DNA of 64,000 bases from a virus (lineage: Duplodnaviria; Caudoviricetes): IMG/VR virus record IMGVR_UViG_3300033121_001553, positions 122,820 to 186,819 of that record; one strand, 5' to 3'. The position numbers and the translations under genes were made by a program. This document shows, in pieces, positions 22,461 to 32,359 of the stretch (its first letter is position 1; the number at the start of each line of letters is the position of its first letter). The notes under the pieces were generated by a model, which was given only the letters and a program-made list of their open reading frames with translations, was not told the DNA's origin and did not search any database.

Positions 22461-23585
22461 ATGCAAAAAAAGTACGACTACGCGATTGTTGGCGCTGGAC
22501 TATTTGGCGCAACGTTCGCTGAACGTGTGAAGCATTTCAACCCGTCTGCTAGAATTCTTGTAATCGACAAAAGAGATCACATCGCTGGAAACTGCTACAC
22601 TAGACGTGAAGATAACTACGATGTTCATGTTTACGGACCGCATATATTTCATACCAGCTCTGAGCGTATTTGGAATTACGTTAATAAATTTTCAAAGTTT
22701 AATAACTTTACGCTTAGAACAAAAGCGATGTACAAAAATCGCATTTATTCACTTCCTGTAAATTTGATGACGTTTCACCAAGTGTTCGGTGTGACTACGC
22801 CAAGCGAAGCAAAGAAACGCGTTGAATACGAAATACGTGCAGCTGCATCAAAAGGATACGACACTACAACATTCGAAGGATGGGCACGTACACAAGTAGG
22901 CGATACGCTTTACGAGATGTTCTACGATGGGTACACAAGAAAACAGTGGGGTAGACACCCAAATGAGCTGCCAGCTAGTATTGCAAAACGTCTCCCGATA
23001 CGTTTTATGTACGACGACAATTACTTTAACGATACGTATCAAGGGATACCTGTCGATGGCTACACAGCTATCGTAGATAAGATGCTGAGAGATACAGACG
23101 TACAGCTGAACACAGACTTTTTCGCTGAGCGCACTTTGATTGAAACGTTGGCTAATAAGATTGTCTATACTGGTCCAATCGACGCACTACTCAACTATAA
23201 ACACGGCAAGCTTGAGTATAGATCGCTGAAATTTGAACACAGCACGTTCAAAGGCGATTATCAAGGCAATGCTATCATCAACTATACAGATGTCGCTCAA
23301 AAGTGGACTCGTATTGTTGAGCATAAGCACTTTGTCGGCTCAACGTCAGAAAATTCGATATTCACAAAAGAATTTCCTGCATCGTACGAAAGTACGAATG
23401 AGCCTTATTATCCCGTAAATGACACAAAAAATAACGATATCGCATCATTGTACGCTGAAGATGCAAAAAAATTGAGCAATTATATCGTTGGTGGACGACT
23501 TGGAAGTTATCGTTATTATGATATGCATCAAGTGATTGCTGAAGCTTTGACAGCTGCACAAAAAGAAGGCTACTATGAAAAATGA
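22461..23585 (+). CDS. glf: UDP-galactopyranose mutase
   Basis: IVGAGLFG, HIAGNCY, HVYGPHIFHT, YFNDTYQGIP, EPYYPVND, GRLGSYRYYDMHQ. Confidence 0.96.
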   Translation: MQKKYDYAIVGAGLFGATFAERVKHFNPSARILVIDKRDHIAGNCYTRREDNYDVHVYGPHIFHTSSERIWNYVNKFSKFNNFTLRTKAMYKNRIYSLPVNLMTFHQVFGVTTPSEAKKRVEYEIRAAASKGYDTTTFEGWARTQVGDTLYEMFYDGYTRKQWGRHPNELPASIAKRLPIRFMYDDNYFNDTYQGIPVDGYTAIVDKMLRDTDVQLNTDFFAERTLIETLANKIVYTGPIDALLNYKHGKLEYRSLKFEHSTFKGDYQGNAIINYTDVAQKWTRIVEHKHFVGSTSENSIFTKEFPASYESTNEPYYPVNDTKNNDIASLYAEDAKKLSNYIVGGRLGSYRYYDMHQVIAEALTAAQKEGYYEK

Positions 23586-25236
23586 TTCTTACGTACTTGG
23601 GTTCTGGTCGGGTCATGATGCGTCTTACTGCGTTCTTGATGGTAGAGGCAGTATCGTTAGACACGTCGAGCTTGAACGTTACGTACGCCAAAAAGAGTGC
23701 GCAGGAGACATAGTTGAGTTTTTTCTTAACAATCACGCTAGCTCATTCGATCTTTCGAAAGTCGTTGGAATCGCGTTGTGTCACAATTCAAAAAATGTGA
23801 CAGAAAAATACGCTGTGTCTTGGAACAAGTTGCTTTCACTTATCCCACCAGATGTCGTAATCTCAACGTACGGTCATCACGAGGCTCACGCTGCGCATGC
23901 ATATTACAGCTCGCCGCATGATTCTGCGCTTGTTGTAACATGCGATGGAGGTGGATACGAAGATGAAAGCTGCGGAGAAACCGTAACAGGTACATGGTGG
24001 AAAGCAAAAAATAACGTTATCGAACGTGTGAAGCGTTTTGAATCAAATACGATAAATGTTGGTGGTCTATGGACACGCGTTACAAGATATGTTTTTAGAT
24101 GTGAAAGCGGATGGCCGCAAGGACATCAGGCTGGCACAATAATGGCAATGGCAGCATTGGGTAATTCAAGTCTATGGAAAGATGACTTTAGACTGATGTT
24201 TACACGTGATCATGCTGCAGCATGTTCAACGCCAGCTGGACATGTGAAGGGAATGAGCGCAAAAGATCCTCGTTCGCCAAAGCATAGCTTTCTACATAAG
24301 TGGGAAGAGCTAGCAAAAGATGAACAGACAAAATTTGATCTAGCTGCAGCATTTCAAGAGTGCACAGAAGAATATCTAGTCAAGCATTTCTCAGAGCTCG
24401 TGAATACTGTTGGCATTGGAGACAGCTACGATTGTGTATGTTTTGCTGGTGGTGTAGCGTTGAACTCTGTCGCAGTTGGCAAGCTTGAACGTGCAATAGG
24501 AAAGCAAATTTTTGTTCCACCTGTTCCTTACGATGGTGGGCTGTGTATAGGAGCCGCTCAGATACTGCTGCATAGACACTTTGGTGTTCCAAAGCTGAAC
24601 TCGTTTTGTAGTCCGTACATGGGAGCAACATACAGCACCATCGAAATTGAGCAAGCCATCACATCAGCTCAACTTGAAAATTACGTGATTAAACACAATG
24701 TTGAACTTAACGATGTAGTCAATGCACTTGCCGATCAAAAGATTGTTGCAGTATTCAACGGTAGCGCTGAAAGCGGTAGGCGCGCGCTTGGCAATCGTTC
24801 GATTCTTGCAGATCCACGCATGCATGCAATGAAGGCAAAGATAAACGAAAATGTGAAACATCGACAGTGGTTTAGACCATTCGCTCCATCGATACTACAG
24901 AAGCACGTTGCTGACTGGTTTGAACACGTCGTCTACAGCCCGTACATGACTCATGTCGTAAAATTCAAACATGACGCTGCAAAAAAAGTTCCCGCTGTTG
25001 TTCATTACGACGGATCTGCAAGACTGCAGACAGTGAATACATTCAATCAGTTTTACAATACGCTGCTTGAACTATGGAATGAAAAAACAGGTGTACCGAT
25101 ATTGCTTAATACATCTTTTAACGATCGAGAACCGATATGCGAAACGCCAAAGCACGCAATCGATTGTTTTCTTCGAACTGATATAGATGCGCTCTATTTT
25201 AACGATGCTAATATAATGATCGAAAGAAAATCATGA
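23575..25236 (+). CDS. carbamoyltransferase (NodU/CmcH family)
   Basis: GHDAS, HHEAHAAHAY, DGGG, AGGVALN, RALGNRSILADP, RPFAPS, LLNTSFN. Confidence 0.94.
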   Translation: MKNDSYVLGFWSGHDASYCVLDGRGSIVRHVELERYVRQKECAGDIVEFFLNNHASSFDLSKVVGIALCHNSKNVTEKYAVSWNKLLSLIPPDVVISTYGHHEAHAAHAYYSSPHDSALVVTCDGGGYEDESCGETVTGTWWKAKNNVIERVKRFESNTINVGGLWTRVTRYVFRCESGWPQGHQAGTIMAMAALGNSSLWKDDFRLMFTRDHAAACSTPAGHVKGMSAKDPRSPKHSFLHKWEELAKDEQTKFDLAAAFQECTEEYLVKHFSELVNTVGIGDSYDCVCFAGGVALNSVAVGKLERAIGKQIFVPPVPYDGGLCIGAAQILLHRHFGVPKLNSFCSPYMGATYSTIEIEQAITSAQLENYVIKHNVELNDVVNALADQKIVAVFNGSAESGRRALGNRSILADPRMHAMKAKINENVKHRQWFRPFAPSILQKHVADWFEHVVYSPYMTHVVKFKHDAAKKVPAVVHYDGSARLQTVNTFNQFYNTLLELWNEKTGVPILLNTSFNDREPICETPKHAIDCFLRTDIDALYFNDANIMIERKS

Positions 25237-26531
25237 TAACGGATACACCCGACAAGTCACGTCATAAGGCAACGATAACAAAAAAATTGCGTGAGCAGAT
25301 AGCTTCGTACGCTGGAAGCGATAAAGTTTTTTTGGAGCTGGGGTGCGATGTTGGTTACACATCTATTGCGCTTGCCGACAGTTTTGGTAAGCTACATGCT
25401 TACGATATTGAGCGATGGAAAATAGAAGAATGCAGAAAAAATGCTTCTAAATTTAACAAAGCAAATATTGAATTTCATAACAAGAAAACGACCGACATAT
25501 CGACAGGTCATTACGACGTTATTCTGATAGATGCGAATCACGAGTACAAAAATGTAAAACGTGACTATGAAGCAGCACTTTCTGCAAATACGTCAAATGA
25601 CTACATCGTCATATTTCACGACTACGGACTTGTTGAAGCAGGCGTAAAAAAATTCGTTCAAGAAATTGGCGGATATGAGCTGATCGGAGAAAAAGAAAAT
25701 TGGAATCCTCATGGCGGTAAAGTCAATGACTATGAGGCAGCCATTGTAAAAGTAAAAAAAAAGATTGAAGTCGTTACAGACGGTGGACCAAAAATATTTG
25801 TCGGTACAGCATATTCGTGTGAAAATGAATTTGACGAGTGCGTCAAAAGAATTAATTCGCAAGAGCAGGTAACGATAGTTGAACATAAAATTGTTAGTGG
25901 CCAAGGCGTGCTAGAAGCTCTTAGCGCTCTCTACAGTAGATGGAATGAGCTAAAAACTGAATGCGACATGTTTGTACAAGTTGACGCAGACATGGTTATT
26001 AAAAGAAATGATCTATTCAAGTGCGCTTGGCAACAGTTTAAACACAATACGCAAGGCTGCAACTACATGCAGCTAACAGTCTACGATCATTTCACTATGT
26101 CTGAGATAGGCGGAATGAATTTCTACAGACCAAGCGTTGTGTTTCCGCAACCTAAAAATCGTCTTGGACCAGATAAAGAAACGCTAGATAAAAAGCAGCT
26201 GCGTAACTCTAACAATCTGATCTCGTCTGCAGCCGATCATTGCCCGAATCCAAACGAAATTCAGTCATTTCATTATGGCTGGCATCGTCGACTAAGACAA
26301 AAGTACGAGATTGAAAATTCGATTCAAAATGCTGTAAAACGTCATAAAACAGACAAACTTGTAGATATGCGCATTTGGGCATTGCTCGGTATAAAATTTG
26401 CAGCAGCTCACGCAAAGTCAAAAATAGAAAATAAGCTTGAGCACGTCGACTACTCGAATCAGCATTTCATGAATGCATTTGAAGAAGCAAAATCGCAGTT
26501 TGACTCGTTCAAGAAAGAGATGCTAAAGTGA
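25233..26531 (+). CDS. class I SAM methyltransferase fused to GT-A-like domain
   Basis: LELGCDVG, LIDANHEY, FHDYG; C-terminal FVQVDADM. Confidence 0.78.
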   Translation: MITDTPDKSRHKATITKKLREQIASYAGSDKVFLELGCDVGYTSIALADSFGKLHAYDIERWKIEECRKNASKFNKANIEFHNKKTTDISTGHYDVILIDANHEYKNVKRDYEAALSANTSNDYIVIFHDYGLVEAGVKKFVQEIGGYELIGEKENWNPHGGKVNDYEAAIVKVKKKIEVVTDGGPKIFVGTAYSCENEFDECVKRINSQEQVTIVEHKIVSGQGVLEALSALYSRWNELKTECDMFVQVDADMVIKRNDLFKCAWQQFKHNTQGCNYMQLTVYDHFTMSEIGGMNFYRPSVVFPQPKNRLGPDKETLDKKQLRNSNNLISSAADHCPNPNEIQSFHYGWHRRLRQKYEIENSIQNAVKRHKTDKLVDMRIWALLGIKFAAAHAKSKIENKLEHVDYSNQHFMNAFEEAKSQFDSFKKEMLK

Positions 26532-27628
26532 GCGATAGAGAACATCACGAAGAACTTACACAGCTGTATTCTACGTGGGGAGACAAGCTGCTGCAGCACG
26601 CAGATCGCTTGAATGAAATTCAAAATGAACGTGTTATCAGACCAATAACAATTCAGATATCTCCGACAGAAGGCTGTCAAAGTAGCTGTCCATTCTGCAG
26701 CGTTTCTGGTCGACCGTTGAACGCGTACATGCCATACGCAAAAATTGTCAAGCTGCTCGAAGACTTCAAGTCGCTTGGTGCAAAAAGCATTGAGCTAACG
26801 GGCGGCGGTAATCCGCTGCTTTACAAAGATCGTGTAACGAAACAAAACATTAATGACGTTATTTCTACAGCACATTCACTTGGCTACGAAATAGGAATAA
26901 TCACAAATTCAGAAAAACTAACTGTTATCGACAAACAGCATTATGATAAAATAAGTTGGATACGCATTAGTCTAATACGACTAGATGAAGGATGCGAACC
27001 AGAAGACTACGACTTTAAAGATTTTCCATACGAGAAGCTAGGATTTTCTTACATCGTTTACGATGAATGTGCGAGTGATCCTGTAAGAAAGCGTTACTAC
27101 GAAGGCACATCTGAGTCTACAATTGCAAAAATAGCGAAGCTAGTAGAGCTTCATAGTGGAAAGATAAAATTCGTACGTTTTGCTGGCGACTGTCTCATAA
27201 AGGGAAATAACTCGCTTGTACGACGTAAGTTCGGCGATGTCATTCAGTCGAATGACACATACAAGAAATTTTTTCTAAAGACCATTGATACGAATGACGA
27301 TGCATTTAAACATGGATGCTATGTGGGTATGATACGACCGTACATTGCACCAGCACCAGATGGTAGCGGATACAATGTTTACATCTGTACTTCGCATGTT
27401 CTTAACAGTAGAACTTACGACAAAGACTACTCATTGTGCAGCGTAGATAACGTGATTGAAGCGTGGAATGATATGAATAAGTCGTTCCGTAGCAATGGTT
27501 ACCCATACAGCGTACGTGGTAACTGCGGCAAAAATTGGAATGAAACATGCAAGTATTGTTATTACTCAAATAACAACAAATTGTTGCATACTGTTGCAAA
27601 CGAAATGCCAGATAAAAATTTCCCATGA
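26528..27628 (+). CDS. radical SAM protein with C-terminal auxiliary-cluster (SPASM/twitch-like) region
   Basis: CQSSCPFC, LTGGGNP, C-terminal Cys including CKYCYY. Confidence 0.9.
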   Translation: MSDREHHEELTQLYSTWGDKLLQHADRLNEIQNERVIRPITIQISPTEGCQSSCPFCSVSGRPLNAYMPYAKIVKLLEDFKSLGAKSIELTGGGNPLLYKDRVTKQNINDVISTAHSLGYEIGIITNSEKLTVIDKQHYDKISWIRISLIRLDEGCEPEDYDFKDFPYEKLGFSYIVYDECASDPVRKRYYEGTSESTIAKIAKLVELHSGKIKFVRFAGDCLIKGNNSLVRRKFGDVIQSNDTYKKFFLKTIDTNDDAFKHGCYVGMIRPYIAPAPDGSGYNVYICTSHVLNSRTYDKDYSLCSVDNVIEAWNDMNKSFRSNGYPYSVRGNCGKNWNETCKYCYYSNNNKLLHTVANEMPDKNFP

Positions 27629-28236
27629 GCCCATATAACGAATCTTACTACACTCAAAAAAACTACATTAGCTATCTTGAACGACGAGAACGTTACACAA
27701 GAATGATAAATGAGCTCAACGATAGACTAATAAAGCCACTTGCGCTCGATAAGTTCTTGAAGCATGGTACGATCGTCGACTATGGCTGCGGCGTTGGATT
27801 TTCAACAAAAGCTCTTATTGAAATCGGTTACAAGGCTATTGGCTACGATCCTTCTGTGTGGGCTGTGGAATGGGGTAAAAAAAATCTTGGTCTCAAGGGT
27901 ACAGAGATAACAGATAAAAAAAATGAGATTCCTGGTCATTGTTCACTTATGCTTTCATTCGACGTATTTGAGCACATGTCCAGCGACGAAATAGCTGATA
28001 CATTGGCGTACTTTTCGCCGATATACTTGCTTGTTCGCATACCTCTTGCAAATACCGACAACGGAGATTATGTTCTGAGTGTATCAGAAAATGATCCAAC
28101 GCATATTATGCGTCTAACGCGTAGCTCGTGGAATCTTCTGCTACGTGAATGTAGATACGAATGGCTCTACGACGTAAATCTTACAATGTTTTACGATAGC
28201 GACGGTGTAATGTGTTCAATGTACAGAAAATATTTA
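27625..28236 (+). CDS. class I SAM-dependent methyltransferase
   Basis: VDYGCGVG, FDVFEH, DPTHI; ends KY-TTA-AAG-TGA (standard end 28242). Confidence 0.88.
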
Positions 28237-28256
28237 AAGTGATGCAAGAGGTAAAA

Positions 28257-29330
28257 ATGTCGAACGTCAAACCATCTATTGCTGTTATTGGTCAAGGCTT
28301 TGTCGGAGGTTCTCTTGCGACTGTTTTCGCTGAACGTGGATTCGATGTCTACGTTTACGATATCGCAGGAAAGTCAGCACCTGGCGCAGTAGAAAAAAAG
28401 TTCAATTCTGTACATGAGCTTGTAACAGCTTGTATCGCTACACCAGGTTTTAGCGGCGTTTATTTTCTTTGCGTTCCGACTCCAATGAATGTAGATGGCA
28501 GTGCAGATCTCAGCATTGTACAGTCAGCGCTTTACGAAGTTGTAGCATCGAATAAGCATCGTGCAGACGTCTGTAAGACTGTTGTTATCAAGTCAACGAT
28601 ACCGCCCGGAACAACAGAAACATTTAATCGTGATCTTGAAGTCACAAATACAAAAGTAGTCTTTAGCCCAGAATTTCTGACAGAAGCTAACGCGCTTGAC
28701 GATATGAGAGAACAGTCAAGAATTATTCTTGGTGGACCGCGACCGTATATCAATACTGTAAAACAAGTATTTTTGAAGGCTTTTCCAACACGTCCAATTA
28801 TTAAAACAAATAGCACAACTGCTGAAATGGTAAAATATTTCACCAATATACAGCTCGCCGCAAGAGTTGTATTGAGTTGTGAACTTGCTGAGATTTGTGA
28901 GTTGCTCGATAAGCGCGGATACAACATCGACTACGATAAGGTTCTAGAGTATGCGAAGTACGATGAGAGACTAGGTAATAGTCATATGAATGTCCCAGGA
29001 AATGATGGAATTCCTGGTGCACGTGGCCACTGCGTAATTGCTGGTACAGTTGTTAAAATGCGTAATGACGTAAACGGTAAAAATGTAGAAAATTTGAAAG
29101 CACTAGATGAAATTGATAGCTGCGATGCGTTGCTTACGCAGAATGAATCGAAATATGTAAAATCAGCATCAATGCGAAAATACAATGGTATGGTTTATAC
29201 ATTTGTCGTTGGCGATAAACGTGTAACATGCACACCAGAGCATATACTGCCAGTATATAGAGACGGTAAGATCGTTCTATCACGCGCCGAAGACATTACA
29301 ACATCTGATGAACTATTTGTTGCAGAATGA
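28257..29330 (+). CDS. ugd: UDP-glucose 6-dehydrogenase N-extein plus split intein N-half
   Basis: GQGFVG, CVPTP, IKSTIPPG, FSPEFL, AEMVKY, GARGH; then intein block A (CVIAGT) and block B (TCTPEH). Confidence 0.92.
   Translation: MSNVKPSIAVIGQGFVGGSLATVFAERGFDVYVYDIAGKSAPGAVEKKFNSVHELVTACIATPGFSGVYFLCVPTPMNVDGSADLSIVQSALYEVVASNKHRADVCKTVVIKSTIPPGTTETFNRDLEVTNTKVVFSPEFLTEANALDDMREQSRIILGGPRPYINTVKQVFLKAFPTRPIIKTNSTTAEMVKYFTNIQLAARVVLSCELAEICELLDKRGYNIDYDKVLEYAKYDERLGNSHMNVPGNDGIPGARGHCVIAGTVVKMRNDVNGKNVENLKALDEIDSCDALLTQNESKYVKSASMRKYNGMVYTFVVGDKRVTCTPEHILPVYRDGKIVLSRAEDITTSDELFVAE
29031..29327 (+). mobile_element. split intein, N-terminal half (99 aa)
   Basis: Starts with Cys1 after GARGH; TxxH motif; ends at TGA with no HN. 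Confidence 0.9.
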
Positions 29331-30049
29331 AAAATTCACAAGTCGAAATTACATGTAAATTCTGTAATACTATTTTCTCTGTTGAATACAAACATAGAAA
29401 AAAAGTATTTTGCAATCGCAAATGCATGAATCTTTATTACAGAGGTGAAAATTCAACCTCGTTTGGTAAAACGTATAGAACAAAAGAAACACATCCAGAA
29501 TGGGCAAAAAAGGTATCAGATACGCATAAGCTGCGTAGAACATTGGTCGATAACAATCCAATGAAAAATCCTGATATTGCAAAAAAAGCAAGCGAAACAA
29601 GAAAAAAACTTTTGCAAGATCCTGCAAAACGTAAAATCATTGCAGATGCAATGAGAAAAGCGTGGGCAGACGGTAAATTTGCAAATGTTAATGTTGGAAA
29701 ATGTAAATGGTTTTCATTCACAAAACGCAACGGTGAAATATGTAAAGTTCAGGGCAAGTGGGAATTGGCTTATGCAAAATGGCTTGACGAAAATCATATC
29801 AACTTCAAAACGCATATTGGAAGATTTCAATATGCGTTTGATGATGGTACGATAAGAAATTACTACCCTGATTTTTATCTTGTTGATGATGATCGTTACG
29901 TTGAAATTAAAAATGCATATCATCATAGCATCAATAAAAATAAAATTGATGCTGTTCGTTCGATGAATCCTAACGTTAGGATTGATCTATTGTTTAAAGA
30001 TGACTTGGTAGAGCTAGGTGTATTCAATGATAACAAAGAAAAAAATTGA
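29327..30049 (+). CDS. free-standing homing endonuclease (Zn-finger/NUMOD-like plus PD-(D/E)XK domain)
   Basis: CKFC..FCNRKC, NNPMK, QGKWE, YYPDFYL..YVEIK; AT-rich; lies between the intein halves. Confidence 0.85.
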   Translation: MKNSQVEITCKFCNTIFSVEYKHRKKVFCNRKCMNLYYRGENSTSFGKTYRTKETHPEWAKKVSDTHKLRRTLVDNNPMKNPDIAKKASETRKKLLQDPAKRKIIADAMRKAWADGKFANVNVGKCKWFSFTKRNGEICKVQGKWELAYAKWLDENHINFKTHIGRFQYAFDDGTIRNYYPDFYLVDDDRYVEIKNAYHHSINKNKIDAVRSMNPNVRIDLLFKDDLVELGVFNDNKEKN

Positions 30050-30161
30050 AAAAATTTTGATAGAAAATTATGTTGGTGATGTTTACAACATAGAAGTTGT
30101 ATCAAATGATGACGCAAATGATGATCTGTACTGGATTTGCAACGGTATCGTTGTGCATAAC
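30027..30161 (+). mobile_element. split intein, C-terminal half (45 aa)
   Basis: Blocks F/G ending His-Asn, followed by Cys+1. Confidence 0.9.
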
Positions 30162-30320
30162 TGCTTTCCCAAAGACCTTAATGCGCTTATCGCAAAAGCA
30201 AAAGAAGTTGGCCATAGCGCAAAATTGCTAAGTGCAATAAATGAACGTAATCTTGAAATTGTAAAACCTGAGCATCGTGACTGGGAACGTATGCTTGGTA
30301 GAGCAGTCACAAAAAAATAA
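30027..30320 (+). CDS. ugd: split intein C-half plus UDP-glucose dehydrogenase C-extein
   Basis: AGGTG SD; VYNIEV..NGIVVHN followed by CFPKDLNAL (catalytic Cys motif). Confidence 0.92.
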   Translation: MITKKKIEKILIENYVGDVYNIEVVSNDDANDDLYWICNGIVVHNCFPKDLNALIAKAKEVGHSAKLLSAINERNLEIVKPEHRDWERMLGRAVTKK

Positions 30321-30689
30321 CTTATCTATCTCGTTCATAAATGATTTCGCAATTTGTTGAGGGGAAAGTTCGAATAGTTCTACTTCATCAAATTGCGAAA
30401 TGTATCTCATAAGATCGTTTACGTTGAATGACTTACCTGACTTACTAAGGTAATTTCTTACTTGAACGAATTTATTTCTTTTTGGATCATTTCCGCGAAG
30501 ATTGATTTCTTCTTCATCTGCTTCTATATTTGCAGCGCTGTGAGCCCAACCGATTGGTTTTCTACCGTAACTTGGTGGCAGCATTGTTGCTTTTGATGGT
30601 GGAACAGTTGGGTCATCTGATGCTTCCATATAAAGCTGGACGTATTCTTTGATAAGCCTTCTGATTTTTGCTTTGTCATTTGTAAACAT
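30318..30689 (-). CDS. hypothetical protein (RRLIKE motif, possible internal head protein)
   Basis: GAGG SD; its TTA is the exact complement of the ugd TAA (standard end 30228). Confidence 0.7.
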
Positions 30690-30801
30690 TTTAGCTACCT
30701 CTTATATTTATGGTCATGCATTAGGTTCATTCAAGAGGCCCTCCAAATTTTTGCGCCGTAAAGTTGTGTATAACTTGTTGTTGTGAATTTTGGAGGATAA
30801 G

Positions 30802-31113
30802 ATGAAAAAGTATGAATATTTGTATGCGTATGCTAGAAATTTGATTAGAGCAGAACTACGTGGTATTGAATTGACTGCAAAGTCAATAAAACGACGTAAA
30901 GCAAAAAAAGATTTGTTGCTCTCATGCCGTGCTAGGAATTTGATTCTTGCTCGAGCATTTTTGCTTGGTAAGAATTATTTGCAAGCAGAACGTAAAGCAA
31001 AAATCTCTCCAGTCCCTGAGGAAATATCAAAAACGATTAGAAGCTATTTCCCGAATGCTGTAATGTGTCCAACAAGCGAAGAGATACGGCAATGGATGAA
31101 AAGCTGTATATTA
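30802..31113 (+). CDS. basic hypothetical protein
   Basis: GGAGG SD; LARAFLLGKNYLQAE; TTA 31111-31113 (standard end 31248). Confidence 0.7.
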
Positions 31114-31406
31114 TCGTTCGTAAGGATCTGCCATACGGCGCGCAGTTTGCTCAAGCGATACACGCTGTTGCAGAATTTGCAATTGAGCATAACGATCTTT
31201 ATCGCGAATGGCATTCGACAACAAATACAGTTGTTGTGCTTAGCGTAAAAGATGAAACAGAATTGTTGAAAATTCAACAGCTTTCTATTGAAAATGGAAT
31301 CGCGCATTCTCTTTTTAGAGAACCAGACTACTCTGGTTCTGCGACTTCAATTGCGTTGAAATCAAAGAAAATAAAATTTCTAAACAGACTCAAGCTCGCA
31401 AATTTA
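31092..31406 (+). CDS. peptidyl-tRNA hydrolase, Pth2-like
   Basis: LYIIVRKDL..GAQFAQAIHA..TVVVL..FREPD..TSIAL; ends TTA-TGA. Confidence 0.82.
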
Positions 31407-31417
31407 TGAGTCTGATA

Positions 31418-31488
31418 GCGTCATTTGCGTAGTGGCAACGCAGTTGATTCTAAATCGACTTACGCGGGTTCGATTCCCGCATGACGCA
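31418..31488 (+). tRNA. tRNA with CTA anticodon (amber suppressor type)
   Basis: Acceptor GCGTCAT/ATGACGC, D-arm GCGT/ACGC, anticodon arm GTTGA-TT CTA AA-TCGAC, T-arm GCGGG TTCGATT CCCGC; short variable loop. Confidence 0.88.
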
Positions 31489-31490
31489 CG

Positions 31491-31949
31491 ATGAACTACA
31501 TCGAACTAATTGTTGGCGATCCATTTAAACGTGGTCATGCGATGAAGTCAACTGTTCGTGTTGAATGCACGCAAGATGCATTCGCTGTCTCGTCTGCATA
31601 TAAAGAAGGATGCGCAGTAGTGGGATTCGATATAACAGAAGAATACAGTTCAGATGACTCGAACGAAGTTATATCTGAAGAGCGCGTTGAAATACTCAAG
31701 TCGATAGATTTTGCTGGCGTTATCTTTCACGATAAAGATGGATTGTATCGACTGTCACCACGCAGTTACGCAGAAATTTATATGTTTATCGCTAACATCG
31801 GAGACAGTAGCATAAAGTACAAAGTTCTGAATGATCCTGACTACAAACTTGAAATTGGCGGTTACGGAATTTTTAACAAAGTAGCACGTCAAGAAAATGT
31901 AGAAGTTGAATTCAAAGATCCAGAACGATCGAAAAAACGTAACAAATGA
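31491..31949 (+). CDS. hypothetical protein
   Basis: 152-aa ORF; GDPFKRGH and IGGYGIF motifs. Confidence 0.72.
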   Translation: MNYIELIVGDPFKRGHAMKSTVRVECTQDAFAVSSAYKEGCAVVGFDITEEYSSDDSNEVISEERVEILKSIDFAGVIFHDKDGLYRLSPRSYAEIYMFIANIGDSSIKYKVLNDPDYKLEIGGYGIFNKVARQENVEVEFKDPERSKKRNK

Positions 31950-32104
31950 TGAATGTTCATGTTCACTGCAACGACTGCGGTCGTGCTGTTGAACAACGCG
32001 ATACGTGGCGTTGTTTGTGGTGTTATCGTACGATCTGCGCGTATTGCTATATTTTTCACAGTACAGAAATGCATGGTGACAAATACATAAAACGCGATAA
32101 ATTA
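31946..32104 (+). CDS. small Cys-rich (Zn-finger-like) protein
   Basis: CNDC, CLWC, CAYC; ends at in-frame TTA 32102-32104. Confidence 0.55.
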
Positions 32105-32110
32105 ATATGC

Positions 32111-32359
32111 GTGAATTGGACCGTTAGCGACAATTACGCAAAAGCAGCTGTTGCTGCGTGTAAAGCTACTCCTGATGCTGTTGAATCGATACTACGAGAA
32201 AAACACGGCGGTTGGAGTAGACTGATAGCGAAGATGCAAAAAGAGAATCAAGAGCTAACATGCGTTGCTAGCTGTTGGATGGCCATTCGCGATGTTATAG
32301 AAGAAATCAAACGAATAAAGGCGATGAATGCAACAACAGACAACGGAAAAAAAACTTAG
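32111..32359 (+). CDS. hypothetical protein
   Basis: In-frame GTG two codons after the TTA; helical composition; TAG stop. Confidence 0.45.
   Translation: MNWTVSDNYAKAAVAACKATPDAVESILREKHGGWSRLIAKMQKENQELTCVASCWMAIRDVIEEIKRIKAMNATTDNGKKT

Noticed and set aside
31418-31488. tRNA-Arg(TCT) reading of the isolated tRNA
   Set aside because: The 5-bp stem fixes a 7-nt loop TTCTAAA, which puts CTA at positions 34-36.
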